From: Gammaproteobacteria bacterium
GTDB taxonomy: Bacteria; Pseudomonadota; Gammaproteobacteria; Eutrophobiales; Eutrophobiaceae
Direction: 5' to 3'
Length of the DNA: 64,000 nucleotides
NCBI GenBank assembly: GCA_965116495.1
Contig: OZ220696.1
Coordinates: forward strand, 3,584,001 to 3,648,000
Below are positions 9,501 to 19,035 of this stretch, piece by piece. The notes under the pieces are model-generated. The model was not told the origin of the DNA. It saw only the letters and a program-made list of their open reading frames with translations, and ran no database searches. How positions within the stretch are numbered: the stretch's first letter is position 1; every line of letters starts with the position of its first letter. The position numbers were made by a program, and so were the translations under genes.

Positions 9501-12302
9501 GACACGCTGACGGGGGGTCCCGGTGCTGACCGATTAGCGGGAGGCAGCGGCGCGGACTGGGTGTCATACCTCGGATCGAATCAAGGGGTCACGGTGAACC
9601 TTGGCACTGGCAGGAGTGAGGGGGGACACGCAGCAGGCGACGCTATCTCCGGCGTTGAAAATGTGAGAGGGTCCGGTCATGCGGATCGACTGGTCGGTGA
9701 CGCTGGAGCCAACCACCTGGAAGGCCATGGCGCTGATGACGAACTCCAGGGCAATGCAGGTAATGACATACTGGACGGGGGCGCCGGTTCAGATCGGTTG
9801 GCCGGCGGCGCCGGCGCCGACCGCTTGGCCGGGGGCGCCGGCGGGGATACCGCCGCCTTTGAGCAGTCAACCGCAGGGGTGACGGTCCGCCTCCATTCAG
9901 CTTTACTGCAGGGCGGTGACGCCGAAGGGGATACGTTCAGCGCCATGGTGACGGTGTACTATTCCGACAGCGATGGCGATACACAGCAGGAATCCGTTCC
10001 CGATATTGAACACCTTACAGGCTCGGTCCATGACGACACCCTGGCCGGTGACAGCCGGCCTAATCGCCTGGAAGGGGGCGCAGGGGATGACCGCCTGTAC
10101 GGCGGCCCCGGCGGTGGTGATGACGTGCTGCGGGGCGGCCCGGGCGCGGATGCCCTGTATGGGGGAACGGGTAACGACATGATGGAAGGCGGCGCGGGCG
10201 CGGATACGCTCAGGGGCGGGCCCGGCGCGGATACTGCTTCTTACATGTTTTCAGATGCAGGCGTGGTAGTCAGGCTGAAGGAAGGCACGGGAGAGAGAGG
10301 GCACGCCGAGGGTGACGTCTTTGTTGATGTCGAAAACCTGGCCGGGTCTGCCTACAACGACAGCCTGGCGGGTAATGATGAGACAAACCATCTCGCCGGT
10401 CACGGAGGCGATGACAGCCTGTGGGGCGGCGCGGGTAACGACACGCTGGAGGGGGGCGCCGGCGCCGACCGGCTGTTCGGGGGCAGTGGTGCGGACTGGG
10501 TGTCTTATCTCAGGTCCAATGCAGGCGTAACGGTGCATCTCGGTGACGCTGCGGGAAAAGGAGGTCATGCAGAAGGTGATGCCTTTGAAGAAGTTGAGAA
10601 CATACGGGGTTCTGGCTACGCAGATACGCTGATCGGTGACGCAGCCGCCAACCGGCTGGATGGCCGCGGCGGCGATGATGCACTTGACGGCGGCGCCGGC
10701 AACGACACGCTGGAGGGAGGTTCCGGTGCTGATCGATTATCGGGAGGCAGCGGTACGGACTGGGTGTCCTATCTCCAGTCCGGCGCAGGCGTCACGGTGA
10801 ACCTCGCTGACGGTACGGGCAGGGGTGGCCACGCCGAAGGCGACACCTTCGAGACTGTTGAGAATGTGCGGGGATCAAGACATGCAGACCGCCTGGTTGG
10901 CGACCACCGTGCCAACCGGCTGGAGGGCGGCGCCGGCAACGACCGGCTGGAGGGCGGCGCCGGCGCAGATACGTTGGCAGGCAGCGCCGGGGTGGACTGG
11001 GTGCTATACCTGGACTCGGACGCGGGCGTCACGGTAAATCTCGAGGCGGGCACAGTCACGGGAGGCCATGGTGAGGGTGACGTCATTGCCGGGTTTGAAA
11101 ACGTGTGGGGATCCGGCTACGAGGATGTTTTAATCGGTGATGATCAAGCCAACCGGCTGGAAGGGGCCGAGGGAGACGATACGCTTCGCGGCGGTGCGGG
11201 GAATGACGTACTGGAGGGGGGTGTCGGCGTGGATACGCTGGAAGGCGGTGCGGGCGCAGATCGCTTGAACGGAGGGGACGGTTTCGATTGGGCATCCTAC
11301 CGTGGGTCCGATACCGGGGTTTCGGTGAGTCTCGTTGCTGATACAAGCGAGGGTGGCCATGCCATGGGAGATGTCATTATTGATGTAGAAAACCTGGAAG
11401 GATCAGGTTATGACGACATATTGATTGGAGACTACAACAGCAACCATTTGATCGGAGGAGATGGCAACGATGATCTCAGCGGCCATGCAAGCTCCGACAT
11501 TCTTCAAGGCGGCAACGGCGATGACGTTTTGAGAGGTAGCTATGGGAATGACCGTCTTGAAGGCGATGATGGCAAGGACCTCCTGGTCGGCGGCCAGGGC
11601 GACGACCGGCTTGACGGGGGTGACGGTGACGACCTCCTGTCGGGTGGATCAGGCGCTGATACGCTCGAAGGGGGTGACGGTAGTGATTTGGTGTCCTACC
11701 AGTCTTCGACTGCGAGTGTCAGAATTGACCTCGAGGAAGGTACGGTTGAAGGGGGTCATGCCGAGGGTGATAGCTTAAACAGCGTTGAACGTGCGCAAGG
11801 ATCGGATTACCCGGATGAATTGTGGGGTGACGATAACGATAATGTATTTTTCGGCTCAGGGGGTGATGATGAACTCGTGGGCAGAGGTGGCGACGACGCC
11901 CTGTTTGGCGATTTGGGTGATGACTCGAAGGTTGGCGACGACAAATTGTCGGGTGGACCCGGCAACGATCTCCTGCACGGCGGTGGGGGCACCGACTTGT
12001 TGCACGGTGGAGAGGGTGATGACCTCCTGTACGGTGGTTGGGGGACCGACGGGCTGCACGGTGGAGAAGGCGCCGACACCTTCCTTTTTGATCAATTCAG
12101 TGGAGACGCCCTCATCACCGATTTCACCGATGGTGTTGACGTGATCGATCTTACCGGTCTTGATTTGTCAGGCTTCGATGCGCTCACCCTCTCATCCAGT
12201 CCCGACGGTGCGGTACTGCGCCTGGACACACATTTTGGAGCCAGGATCCTGTTTGAAAACTTCGACGTCGCCAACCTCGACGCATCAGACTTCCTGTTCT
12301 GA
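6525..12302 (+). CDS. Large RTX Ca-binding serralysin-like (M10) metalloprotease with N-terminal PPC-like domain and FG-GAP repeats
   Basis: HEIGHALGLGH at 7248-7280, Met-turn SVMSF, DxDxDGDxDL repeats, many GGxGxDxL nonapeptides, C-terminal DFLF. Confidence 0.9.
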   Translation: MQTYESKGDARPDRETQYTLYVGGGFDGTLDPPHDVDWFRAELTAGTQYEFHISFPLRTTFVKLLDSEGNEVAYGLSDHPNFRDITFQPAVSGDYYLSIYGTSSPYYNYRIFLGEKTATNYSYDDIAKQLTDGYWEWQGETRRAFDVEPGGTLTANITDLTVEGQQLARRALEAWTDVSGITFEIVDDDNAQIVFDDDGEEPITQSRVNNGVIISSHVTIPADLLIEYGTKVESFSFTTYLHEIGHALGLGHPGEFDHLATLDEVYAALDFPRRVSVMSFVLPADDSPVGDRSIRPVTPSIADIIAIQDLYGTPHGNNAGDTVYGFQSNIEGYLGQFFAVLAGEVNPLHQLSLDSLSRPVFADLDDDGDPDLIVGTFSNRIDYHENTGTARNPVFTQRFDSDNPMDGYYFSGLTEPAPADLDGDGDLDLIILHGNGHIEYFENTGTAASPKFTERTGASNPMDGVNADSDDPFDSIMSLALDDLDNDGDTDLIVAKESSVIYYYENTGTTTHPRFTQRSGTANPLDSAFSDTDRLGFWAGTMLIDLDGDDDSDFTILGSNSVNLYFENTGTPTNPRFVQRTGADNPLHEVNDQTYGNFAFADIDGDHAPDLVVVDIYDGVKYYENSGTLTDPDFTLKNLQHPVYLTLHDDGGYDTLDLSTDTIDQTIDLRPGEISNTPGLRAVLIIAPGTIIENAVAGSGYDHIIGNTAANRLAGGPGRDYIWGNKGNDVLEGGAGPDRLDGGDGVDTVSYQGSDAGVAVDLGAHEGSGGHAHYDIIFEVENVMGSAYGDELAGDDGANRLDGAEGDDKLQGRGGNDVLEGGPGADELDGGAGVDTAYYGGSDAGVVVRLKENTGEKGHAEGDTFTDIENVWGSAHNDGLVGNDGANYLAGDTGNDGLWGGAGDDTLEGGLGADRLFGGSGLDWVSYTSSNAGVIVNLGDGTGMGGHAEGDAFEEVENILGSGYADTLVGNEAANRLDGRSGDDELNGGAGNDTLTGGPGADRLAGGSGADWVSYLGSNQGVTVNLGTGRSEGGHAAGDAISGVENVRGSGHADRLVGDAGANHLEGHGADDELQGNAGNDILDGGAGSDRLAGGAGADRLAGGAGGDTAAFEQSTAGVTVRLHSALLQGGDAEGDTFSAMVTVYYSDSDGDTQQESVPDIEHLTGSVHDDTLAGDSRPNRLEGGAGDDRLYGGPGGGDDVLRGGPGADALYGGTGNDMMEGGAGADTLRGGPGADTASYMFSDAGVVVRLKEGTGERGHAEGDVFVDVENLAGSAYNDSLAGNDETNHLAGHGGDDSLWGGAGNDTLEGGAGADRLFGGSGADWVSYLRSNAGVTVHLGDAAGKGGHAEGDAFEEVENIRGSGYADTLIGDAAANRLDGRGGDDALDGGAGNDTLEGGSGADRLSGGSGTDWVSYLQSGAGVTVNLADGTGRGGHAEGDTFETVENVRGSRHADRLVGDHRANRLEGGAGNDRLEGGAGADTLAGSAGVDWVLYLDSDAGVTVNLEAGTVTGGHGEGDVIAGFENVWGSGYEDVLIGDDQANRLEGAEGDDTLRGGAGNDVLEGGVGVDTLEGGAGADRLNGGDGFDWASYRGSDTGVSVSLVADTSEGGHAMGDVIIDVENLEGSGYDDILIGDYNSNHLIGGDGNDDLSGHASSDILQGGNGDDVLRGSYGNDRLEGDDGKDLLVGGQGDDRLDGGDGDDLLSGGSGADTLEGGDGSDLVSYQSSTASVRIDLEEGTVEGGHAEGDSLNSVERAQGSDYPDELWGDDNDNVFFGSGGDDELVGRGGDDALFGDLGDDSKVGDDKLSGGPGNDLLHGGGGTDLLHGGEGDDLLYGGWGTDGLHGGEGADTFLFDQFSGDALITDFTDGVDVIDLTGLDLSGFDALTLSSSPDGAVLRLDTHFGARILFENFDVANLDASDFLF

Positions 12303-12334
12303 TGACCTCCCACTGGCCATGGCCGGCACAAGAA

Positions 12335-12376
12335 CGAAAGCAGAAGCCACAGGTTCGAATCCTGTCAGGCGCGCCA
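12335..12376 (+). repeat. attR-like duplicated 3' end of tRNA-Arg
   Basis: cgaaagcagaagccacaggttcgaatcctgtcaggcgcgcca. Confidence 0.9.
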
Positions 12377-12446
12377 TTTCATAAAGGGTCCGCACCGGGC
12401 ACATGGGTAGCACTTTATACCGTAGACATAGTTAAAATCACCAATC

Positions 12447-13229
12447 ATGCTGACCTTCCCGAACATTGACCCCGTAGCCATCGACCTGGGCTTAATCCAG
12501 ATCCGCTGGTACGGGCTCAGCTACATCGCCGGCATACTCGGCGCCTGGGCGCTGCTGCATTACCGGGCAAAGTCGGGACGTTTCGGCTGGACCGTCGAAC
12601 AGGTCGCGGACCTCATGTTTTACGGCATCCTCGGAGTCATCATCGGCGGCAGGCTGGGTTCGGTGCTGTTTTACAACCTGCCGTACTACCTCAGCAACCC
12701 CCTGGACGTGGTTAAGGTCTGGCAGGGCGGCATGTCGTTTCACGGCGGGTTGATCGGGGTACTCATCGCCTGCTGGCTGTACGGCCGCAGGATCGACAAA
12801 CAATTCTTCAAAGTCATCGATTTCCTGGCGCCGGCGGCGCCCGTCGGCCTGTTTACCGGCCGCATAGGGAATTTTATCAATGCGGAACTATGGGGGAAGC
12901 CGACGGATGCGCCCTGGGGAATGGTATTCCCCGGCGCAGGCAGCCTGCCCAGGCACCCGTCGCAACTCTACGAGGCATTCCTGGAAGGGGTGTGCCTGTT
13001 CATCATCCTCTGGTTGTTCAGCGTCCGGCCGCGGCCGTTAATGGCGGCCTCGGGGTTGTTCCTGCTGTGCTACGGCCTGTTCCGCTTCGCCGTGGAATTC
13101 GTGCGCGAACCGGACGCCCACCTGGGCTACCTCGGCTTCGGCTGGGTGACGATGGGGCAGGTGTTATCGTTGCCTATGATACTGGCAGGTGTAGTATTAT
13201 TCGTTCTGGCATACCGCAGAATGACATGA
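12447..13229 (+). CDS. lgt: Prolipoprotein diacylglyceryl transferase
   Basis: [34 protein letters not shown]. Confidence 0.97.
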   Translation: MLTFPNIDPVAIDLGLIQIRWYGLSYIAGILGAWALLHYRAKSGRFGWTVEQVADLMFYGILGVIIGGRLGSVLFYNLPYYLSNPLDVVKVWQGGMSFHGGLIGVLIACWLYGRRIDKQFFKVIDFLAPAAPVGLFTGRIGNFINAELWGKPTDAPWGMVFPGAGSLPRHPSQLYEAFLEGVCLFIILWLFSVRPRPLMAASGLFLLCYGLFRFAVEFVREPDAHLGYLGFGWVTMGQVLSLPMILAGVVLFVLAYRRMT

Positions 13230-14020
13230 AACAATACCTGGACCTGTTACGCCACGTGCGCCACCAGGGCACACGGAAATCCGACCGCACCGGCATCGGC
13301 ACCCTGAGCGTGTTCGGTCACCAGATGCGTTTTGACCTGGGCCGGGACTTCCCCGTGCTGACCACCAAGAAACTGCACCTGAAATCCATCATTTACGAGT
13401 TGTTGTGGTTCCTCCGGGGGGAGTCGAATGTCGGGTACCTGCGCGACCACGGCGTCACGATCTGGGACGAGTGGGCCGACGCAGACGGCGAACTGGGTCC
13501 GGTGTACGGCGTGCAGTGGCGTTCTTGGCCCGCGGCGGACGGGACGACCATAGACCAGGTAGCGGGCGTCATTGAACAGATCAAGGCCAACCCGGATTCG
13601 CGCCGCCTGATCGTCAGCGCCTGGAACCCCGGGGAGATCGACAAGATGGCCCTGGCGCCCTGCCATGCCTTCTTCCAGTTCTACGTGAATGACGGCGACC
13701 TGTCCTGCCAGCTCTACCAGCGCAGCGCCGATATTTTCCTGGGGGTGCCCTTCAACATCGCCTCCTACTCCCTGCTCACCCTGATGATGGCCCAGGTCAC
13801 CGGCCTGAGACCGGGCGAATTCGTGCACACCCTGGGCGATGCCCACCTGTATATGAACCACCTGGAGCAGGCCAACGAGCAATTGAGCCGGGAACCCCTG
13901 CCGCCGCCGCAGATGCGGCTCAACCCCGACGTCAAGGATATCTTCGGCTTTCGTTACGAGGATTTTGAACTACAGAACTACCAGGCGCACCCGTCCATCC
14001 CGGCCCCCATCGCAGTTTAA
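13226..14020 (+). CDS. thyA: Thymidylate synthase
   Basis: MKQYLDLL start overlaps the lgt stop (ATGA); [32 protein letters not shown]. Confidence 0.97.
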   Translation: MKQYLDLLRHVRHQGTRKSDRTGIGTLSVFGHQMRFDLGRDFPVLTTKKLHLKSIIYELLWFLRGESNVGYLRDHGVTIWDEWADADGELGPVYGVQWRSWPAADGTTIDQVAGVIEQIKANPDSRRLIVSAWNPGEIDKMALAPCHAFFQFYVNDGDLSCQLYQRSADIFLGVPFNIASYSLLTLMMAQVTGLRPGEFVHTLGDAHLYMNHLEQANEQLSREPLPPPQMRLNPDVKDIFGFRYEDFELQNYQAHPSIPAPIAV

Positions 14021-14081
14021 TCAGCAGAGGTGGCCCCACTTAGCTAAACACGTCTGCCCTGACGTCATTCTGACTAAAGGG

Positions 14082-14110
14082 TTGACTGCAAACATTGCTA
14101 GCAGTATGAT
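14082..14110 (+). promoter_or_regulatory. sigma70-like promoter of the TA operon with a palindromic operator candidate
   Basis: TTGACT-17 nt-TATGAT; TGCTAGCA palindrome in the spacer. Confidence 0.6.
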
Positions 14111-14144
14111 TAACCCCTCATTCTGAACCTGCGAGAATACGACA

Positions 14145-14402
14145 ATGAGTTCCGTCATCACCGTCCGTGATATCGACCCGGGCGACAAGTCCTGGCTTAA
14201 GCGTGAAGCGCGCCATCAAAGTGTTTCAATGGAGGAACTGGTGCGCCGGTTGATCCATGAACGGCGTGAGAAATCAGAGGCCCGCACAAAACCGTCCGAG
14301 GCATTCAAGCGCTACTTCGGACCGGATAACGGTTTCGAACTCCCGCTGCCCGAACGTCATGGCTACCGGCCGGTTGAATTCCCAGATGAAAACACGTCAT
14401 GA
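14145..14402 (+). CDS. FitA/VapB-like ribbon-helix-helix antitoxin
   Basis: ITVRDID...LKREARHQSVSMEELVRRLI; ATGA overlap with the PIN gene. Confidence 0.8.
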   Translation: MSSVITVRDIDPGDKSWLKREARHQSVSMEELVRRLIHERREKSEARTKPSEAFKRYFGPDNGFELPLPERHGYRPVEFPDENTS

Positions 14403-14848
14403 CAGCGCCTGTTGCCTGGCTTCTTGATACGAATGTTGTCTCGGAGATGATGCGGCCGGAGCCCGCGCGGCAGGTCGCCGGCTTTCTCGATACGATTGCC
14501 GCGGAAGGGATCGGTCTTTCCTCGGTTACCGTCTGGGAAATCCTCAACGGTATCGGTCAGCTCGACCATGGACAGCGCCGGGAGGATATTGCCGAGCGGT
14601 TCCAGGGATTGCTGGACGATGTTTTCGAAGAACGGGTTCTTGATTGGACCGCCGCCGATGCCCAGGCCTGCGCCCGCATCATGGAAACAAAACGTCGCAG
14701 GGGTGAACCGCTGGACAGTCACTTACCGGATGCAATGATTGCCGGGACTGCGATTCGCCATGGACTCACAATTGTGACGCGGAACGAGAGCGAGTTCCGG
14801 AACACGGGTGCCGGAGCGGTCAACCCATGGATAGAGTGGCCGCGCTGA
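14399..14848 (+). CDS. vapC: VapC/FitB PIN-domain toxin
   Basis: LLDTNVVSE, DAMIAGTA, TIVTRNESEF, NPW. Confidence 0.9.
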   Translation: MTAPVAWLLDTNVVSEMMRPEPARQVAGFLDTIAAEGIGLSSVTVWEILNGIGQLDHGQRREDIAERFQGLLDDVFEERVLDWTAADAQACARIMETKRRRGEPLDSHLPDAMIAGTAIRHGLTIVTRNESEFRNTGAGAVNPWIEWPR

Positions 14849-14888
14849 ACTTCGGCACTGCACATCAGCGGAAAAGTAGCTGGAATTT

Positions 14889-15392
14889 GTGATCATTTCA
14901 CTCGTAGTAGCGATGGATCGCTGGGGCGTCATCGGTGCCGGCGGCGCCTTGCCCTGGCGGCTATCCGATGACCTGAAACACTTCAAGGCGATTACCATGG
15001 GCAAACCCGTCATCATGGGCAGGAAGACCCATGAGTCAATCGGCCGGCCGCTGCCCGGGCGTCACAATATCGTGCTTACCCGGCAACGCGGCTATGCGGC
15101 GCAGGGTTGTGTCATTTGCCATGACGTAGAGAGTGTCCTGGCGGCCTGTGCCGGTTTTGAGGAGGTCATGGTGATGGGCGGCGCCGCGTTGTATGAGCTG
15201 TTCCTGTCCCGCGCTGAGCGCATCTACCTGACACGGGTAGAGGCGGAGGTCGATGGCGACGTGTGGTTCCCGCCGTTCGACGAGAGTGCCTGGAACGAGG
15301 TGGAGCGCCGGGACCACCAGGCTGACGGACGCAACGAATACCCCTGCACCTTCCTGGTGCTGGAGAGAAAGAAAAAGGTCTCCAGCCGCTGA
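14889..15392 (+). CDS. folA: Dihydrofolate reductase
   Basis: LPWRLSDDLKHFK, MGRKTHESIGRPLPGRHNIVL. Confidence 0.96.
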   Translation: MIISLVVAMDRWGVIGAGGALPWRLSDDLKHFKAITMGKPVIMGRKTHESIGRPLPGRHNIVLTRQRGYAAQGCVICHDVESVLAACAGFEEVMVMGGAALYELFLSRAERIYLTRVEAEVDGDVWFPPFDESAWNEVERRDHQADGRNEYPCTFLVLERKKKVSSR

Positions 15393-15399
15393 ACAAACC

Positions 15400-15456
15400 T
15401 AATTTGGGACACCCATGAATTTAGAAAATTCGTTAATTCATGGGTGTCCCAAATTA
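15400..15456. repeat. GGGACACCC-family inverted-repeat pair
   Basis: Located between convergent folA and apaH. Confidence 0.85.
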
Positions 15457-15597
15457 GGTTTATGTCAAAAAACCTGTACGTTTCAATGAACTATACGGGG
15501 GCGTTTCTCTTCTAAAGTAGAGTTGTTTTTCACGGATGAGCACACTCAATGGTGGATTAACATGGCGTAGCCGGCCAAAAGCTGAGTTGAAAGCCTG

Positions 15598-16419
15598 TCA
15601 TCCCTGCCTTGACGGCACCTTGAAATACCGCTCATCCTCCAGCCGCAGGGCAACCAGTTCTCCGCCCCAGACACAACCCATGTCCAGGGGATAGACGTTG
15701 AAGCGGCCGTAATCCTGGGGGTAATCCCTGAGCGCGGCCCAGTGGCCGAACAGGATTTTATCCGGCCGGCTTTGTCTGCCTGCCACCTCGAACCAGGGCA
15801 GGGCGGACGACGCGCCCGGTACGCCTTTCTCGCCCAGGTCCAGTACCCCGTCCGCGCTGCAGCAGCGGATACGCGTCAGGCAGTTGGTGATGAAGCGCAG
15901 CCGGTCCCAGCCGCGGAGATCGGTAGACCAGGAGACCGGTTCATTGCCGTACATGTTGGCGAAGTAGTCCCGGTAACGGGGTCCCCGCAACGCCTGTTCC
16001 ACTTCCGCCGCGTATTCCAGGGCCTGGCCGATCCGCCACTGCGGCGGCAGGCCGGCATGCACCATTGTGAAACCGGATTGCGCATCGTGATGCATCAGGG
16101 GCAGCCGCCGTAACCAGTCCAGCAGTTCCGTGCAATCGTCCGCAGCCAGGATTTCATCCAGGGTATCCCCCGCGTGCATATACTGGGGCTGGCCGTTGCC
16201 GATCGCCAGTAAATGCAGTTCATGGTTGCCCAGCACCGTAATGGCGCTATCCCCCAGGTCCTTGATAAAGCGCAGACAGGCAAGGGATTGCGGGCCGCGG
16301 TTTACCAGGTCGCCGGTAAACCAGAGCCGGTCCCGGGCAGGGTCGTACCGGACCTGCTCCAGCAGGTCCATCAGTTCATCGTAGCATCCCTGCAGATCGC
16401 CGATGGCAAAGGTTGACAT
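15598..16419 (-). CDS. apaH: Symmetrical bis(5'-nucleosyl)-tetraphosphatase
   Basis: IGDLQGC, GDLVNRGP, LGNHE, FGHWAAL, GCVWG. Confidence 0.95.
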   Translation of the reverse strand: MSTFAIGDLQGCYDELMDLLEQVRYDPARDRLWFTGDLVNRGPQSLACLRFIKDLGDSAITVLGNHELHLLAIGNGQPQYMHAGDTLDEILAADDCTELLDWLRRLPLMHHDAQSGFTMVHAGLPPQWRIGQALEYAAEVEQALRGPRYRDYFANMYGNEPVSWSTDLRGWDRLRFITNCLTRIRCCSADGVLDLGEKGVPGASSALPWFEVAGRQSRPDKILFGHWAALRDYPQDYGRFNVYPLDMGCVWGGELVALRLEDERYFKVPSRQG

Positions 16420-16495
16420 AGATTTAAAACCTGCAAGGGTTTGGGGTCACAAAATTTCTCGATCGGCCCTGAAACGGACAAGCCGATGCAACACA

Positions 16496-16879
16496 TTAAT
16501 GTAACGTGTGTGGTGTGGCCAGGTTGAAAACCGGGATCGGGGAAGCGAATTCAACCCCGTCTTCAGCCAGGATGTCGTAAGCGCCCTCCATGCAGCCCAC
16601 CGGGGTCTCCAGAACGGCGCCGCTGGTATACCGGAAAGTCTGGCCGGGAAGCAGGCGGGGTTGCTCTCCCACGACCCCGTCACCGTGGACTTCCTGTACC
16701 TTGTTATTTGCATCGGTGATTACCCAGTGCCGACGCAACAGGGTTGCGGAGACGCTGCCCGTATTGGTAATCGAAATGGTATAGGCAAACACAAACCGGT
16801 TATCTTCAGGAATCGATTGTTCCTGTAGATAAGCGGTTTTTACCTTGACGGTAAATTCGTAGCGCTCGCTTTCCTGCAT
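16496..16879 (-). CDS. apaG: ApaG
   Basis: FAYTISI, RHWVITD, GDGVVGEQP, YTSGAVLETPVG. Confidence 0.95.
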   Translation of the reverse strand: MQESERYEFTVKVKTAYLQEQSIPEDNRFVFAYTISITNTGSVSATLLRRHWVITDANNKVQEVHGDGVVGEQPRLLPGQTFRYTSGAVLETPVGCMEGAYDILAEDGVEFASPIPVFNLATPHTLH

Positions 16880-16930
16880 AATGTATTTTACCTTATTGCC
16901 TGGCGCCGGGCATGTCAATATCTTATCAGT

Positions 16931-17050
16931 GTTTAAGGTGGGGTCAGGTCGTGTTTAAGGTGGGGTCAGGTCGCACAATGCACACTGGTGATTTGTCTCA
17001 TTCCTCAACCCGATGTCCACTCAGGTGTGCATTGTGCGACCTGACCCCAC
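16931..17050. repeat. GGGGTCAGGTC-type REP palindrome
   Basis: ggggtcaggtcgcacaatgcacac (16961-16984) is inverted at 17025-17048; the left arm start is duplicated. Confidence 0.75.
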
Positions 17051-17061
17051 CTCATAAGCCG

Positions 17062-18576
17062 TCAAGGCCGGCTTTCGGAACTGTTACGGTAGGAGATCGC
17101 TTCGCTCAGGTGTTCTGCCCGGACCGTGTCGGATTCTGCCAGGTCGGCCGCGGTTCTGGCCACCCGCAATATACGGTACATGCCCCGGGTGGACAGGTTC
17201 AGTTGTTTCACGGCCTTGTGCAGCAACGCCGTAAGCTCCTGATCGAGGTGGCAGTGTACTCCCAGTTCATCATTGTTCAGCAGGTAATTCTGCTTGCCGG
17301 CGCGCGCCAGTTGCCGGCGGTACGCGCGGATGACCCTATGGCGTACCTGCGCAGTGGTCTCGGGCCGTTCGCCCTGAAGTTTCTCCAGGATGTCCGGGGA
17401 GATGTTCGGGACTTCGATGTGCACGTCGATCCGGTCCAGCAATGGACCCGATACTTTGCCCCGGTAGCGCCTGACCTGTTTAATACTGCAGCGGCAGCGC
17501 CCGTTGTGGTCGCCGTAATAACCGCACGGGCAGGGGTTCATAGCGGCGACCAGTTGAAACCTGGCAGGGTATTCGGTCTGTCTTGCAGCACGGGAAATGC
17601 TGATTTTGCCTGCTTCCAGCGGCTCCCGCAGGGCTTCGAGCAGCGCCCGGTTGAACTCCGGCAACTCATCCAGGAACAAAACGCCGTTATGCGCCAGCGA
17701 TATTTCTCCCGGACGGGGCTGGCTGCCGCCGCCTACCAGCGCGACGGATGAGGCCGAGTGGTGCGGTGTGCGTACCGGGCGTTGCTTCCAGTCCTCGACC
17801 CTGAATCCCCGGCCGCTGACGGACCGGATCATTGCCGTGGCCATGGCCTGCTCCTCGCTCATGAGGGGCAGGAGGCCGGGCAGGCGCCGGGCCAGCATCG
17901 TCTTGCCGCTGCCGGGCGGACCGACCATCAGCAGGTTGTGGCCGCCCGCCGCACAGATTTCCAGGGCGCGCCTGGCAAAATGATGGGAATGGACGTCAGT
18001 CAGGTCCGGGTATACCGGGAGATTCTCCGGCAAGTTACCCCGGTTGTCGAAGCGCGGCAACGGTCCGGCGCCATTGAGGTGGGTGCAAACGGCCAGCAAA
18101 TGCCGCGCCGGCAACACCGTCAGCTTATTGATAAGCCCGGCCTCCGCGGCATTTTGCTCCGGCAGGATCAAGGCCCGTCCGGCCCTGTTGATGGAGCAGG
18201 CGCTGGGCAGTACGCCGCCGACCGGTCTCAGTTCGCCGGTAAGGGCCAGTTCGCCGATGAGTTCATGCTGTTGCAGGGGTTCCCGGGCAACCTGCCCGGA
18301 GGCCGCCAGGATCCCGATCGCGATGGCCAGGTCGTAGCGCCCGCCCTCCTTGGGTAAATCCGCCGGCGCCAGGTTCACGGTGATCCGTTTCATGGGAAAC
18401 TCGAAACGGTTGGTCAGGATTGCGCTGCGCACGCGCTCCCGGCTTTCCTTGACCGCAGTTTCGGGTAAACCGACTATGAAAAAGTTGGGCAGGCCCCCGG
18501 ACAGGTGAATTTCAACCGTAACCTGGACAGAATCGATCCCTGACAAGGCGCGTGAATAGGTCTTTGCAATCTCCAT
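17062..18576 (-). CDS. comM: YifB/ComM Mg-chelatase-like ATPase
   Basis: IVGLPETAVKES, GPPGSGKTMLA, PHHSAS, LFLDELPEF, SGPLLDRID. Confidence 0.93.
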   Translation of the reverse strand: MEIAKTYSRALSGIDSVQVTVEIHLSGGLPNFFIVGLPETAVKESRERVRSAILTNRFEFPMKRITVNLAPADLPKEGGRYDLAIAIGILAASGQVAREPLQQHELIGELALTGELRPVGGVLPSACSINRAGRALILPEQNAAEAGLINKLTVLPARHLLAVCTHLNGAGPLPRFDNRGNLPENLPVYPDLTDVHSHHFARRALEICAAGGHNLLMVGPPGSGKTMLARRLPGLLPLMSEEQAMATAMIRSVSGRGFRVEDWKQRPVRTPHHSASSVALVGGGSQPRPGEISLAHNGVLFLDELPEFNRALLEALREPLEAGKISISRAARQTEYPARFQLVAAMNPCPCGYYGDHNGRCRCSIKQVRRYRGKVSGPLLDRIDVHIEVPNISPDILEKLQGERPETTAQVRHRVIRAYRRQLARAGKQNYLLNNDELGVHCHLDQELTALLHKAVKQLNLSTRGMYRILRVARTAADLAESDTVRAEHLSEAISYRNSSESRP

Positions 18577-18626
18577 TTGCCATTCTCCATGTTAAATGCG
18601 GCATGTTGAGTTATACCGCGTCTATT

Positions 18627-18890
18627 CTAACCGTCCGCCTGTTTTTCCGAAAGCGCTTTTTCCAGTGTTGCGGTTTTTTTCTCCAGGTCGTCCAGCGCCG
18701 CCCGGGTATTGCTGAGCAGTTGCATCTGGATATCGAACTCTTCCCGGGTCACCAGGTTCATCCTGGCAAAGGTCGCGTTCAGGGAGGCGCGCACGATCTT
18801 CTCGAAATCCTCCCGCGAGCGGCTCAGGTCCTTGGGCAGGAGCCGTAAGAACTGCTGAACGAAATCTTCAAATTCCCGTGCCTTGATCAT
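18627..18890 (-). CDS. ubiK: UbiK/YqiC accessory factor
   Basis: LVTREEFDIQ followed by a coiled coil; usual position next to comM and glnK. Confidence 0.85.
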   Translation of the reverse strand: MIKAREFEDFVQQFLRLLPKDLSRSREDFEKIVRASLNATFARMNLVTREEFDIQMQLLSNTRAALDDLEKKTATLEKALSEKQADG

Positions 18891-18954
18891 AATCGATACG
18901 GTCCGTTTGGCCGACTCCATATCATAGACATTTCCCCGCGCCCGGACAACTGCC

Positions 18955-19002
18955 TGCACTATCGTTGTGCATTCCCCGTACTTGCTGCACGTTGCGGGTG
19001 CA
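18955..19002. promoter_or_regulatory. Two NtrC-type binding boxes
   Basis: TGCACtatcgttGTGCA (18955-18971) and TGCACgttgcggGTGCA (18986-19002) both fit TGCAC-N7-GTGCA. Confidence 0.8.
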
Positions 19003-19035
19003 GATAGCGGGCGTATCGGAAAAAAACATTTTCCG

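Larger units (their letters stand above)
4576..12376. mobile_element. Integrase-less genomic island inserted at tRNA-Arg(CCG)
   Basis: The last 42 bp of the tRNA (4534-4575) are repeated at 12335-12376 with 2 mismatches; the cargo reads as lower GC than the flanks. Confidence 0.8.

Noticed and set aside
12335-12376. Second tRNA-Arg gene
   Set aside because: Only the 3' 42 bp are present; it is an att-like duplication.
12890-13225. N-terminal extension of ThyA in the ORF track
   Set aside because: It overlaps lgt out of frame; the true start is the ATGA-coupled Met at 13226.
15457-15597. Possible gene remnant between folA and apaH
   Set aside because: No recognisable motif in the frames I translated.
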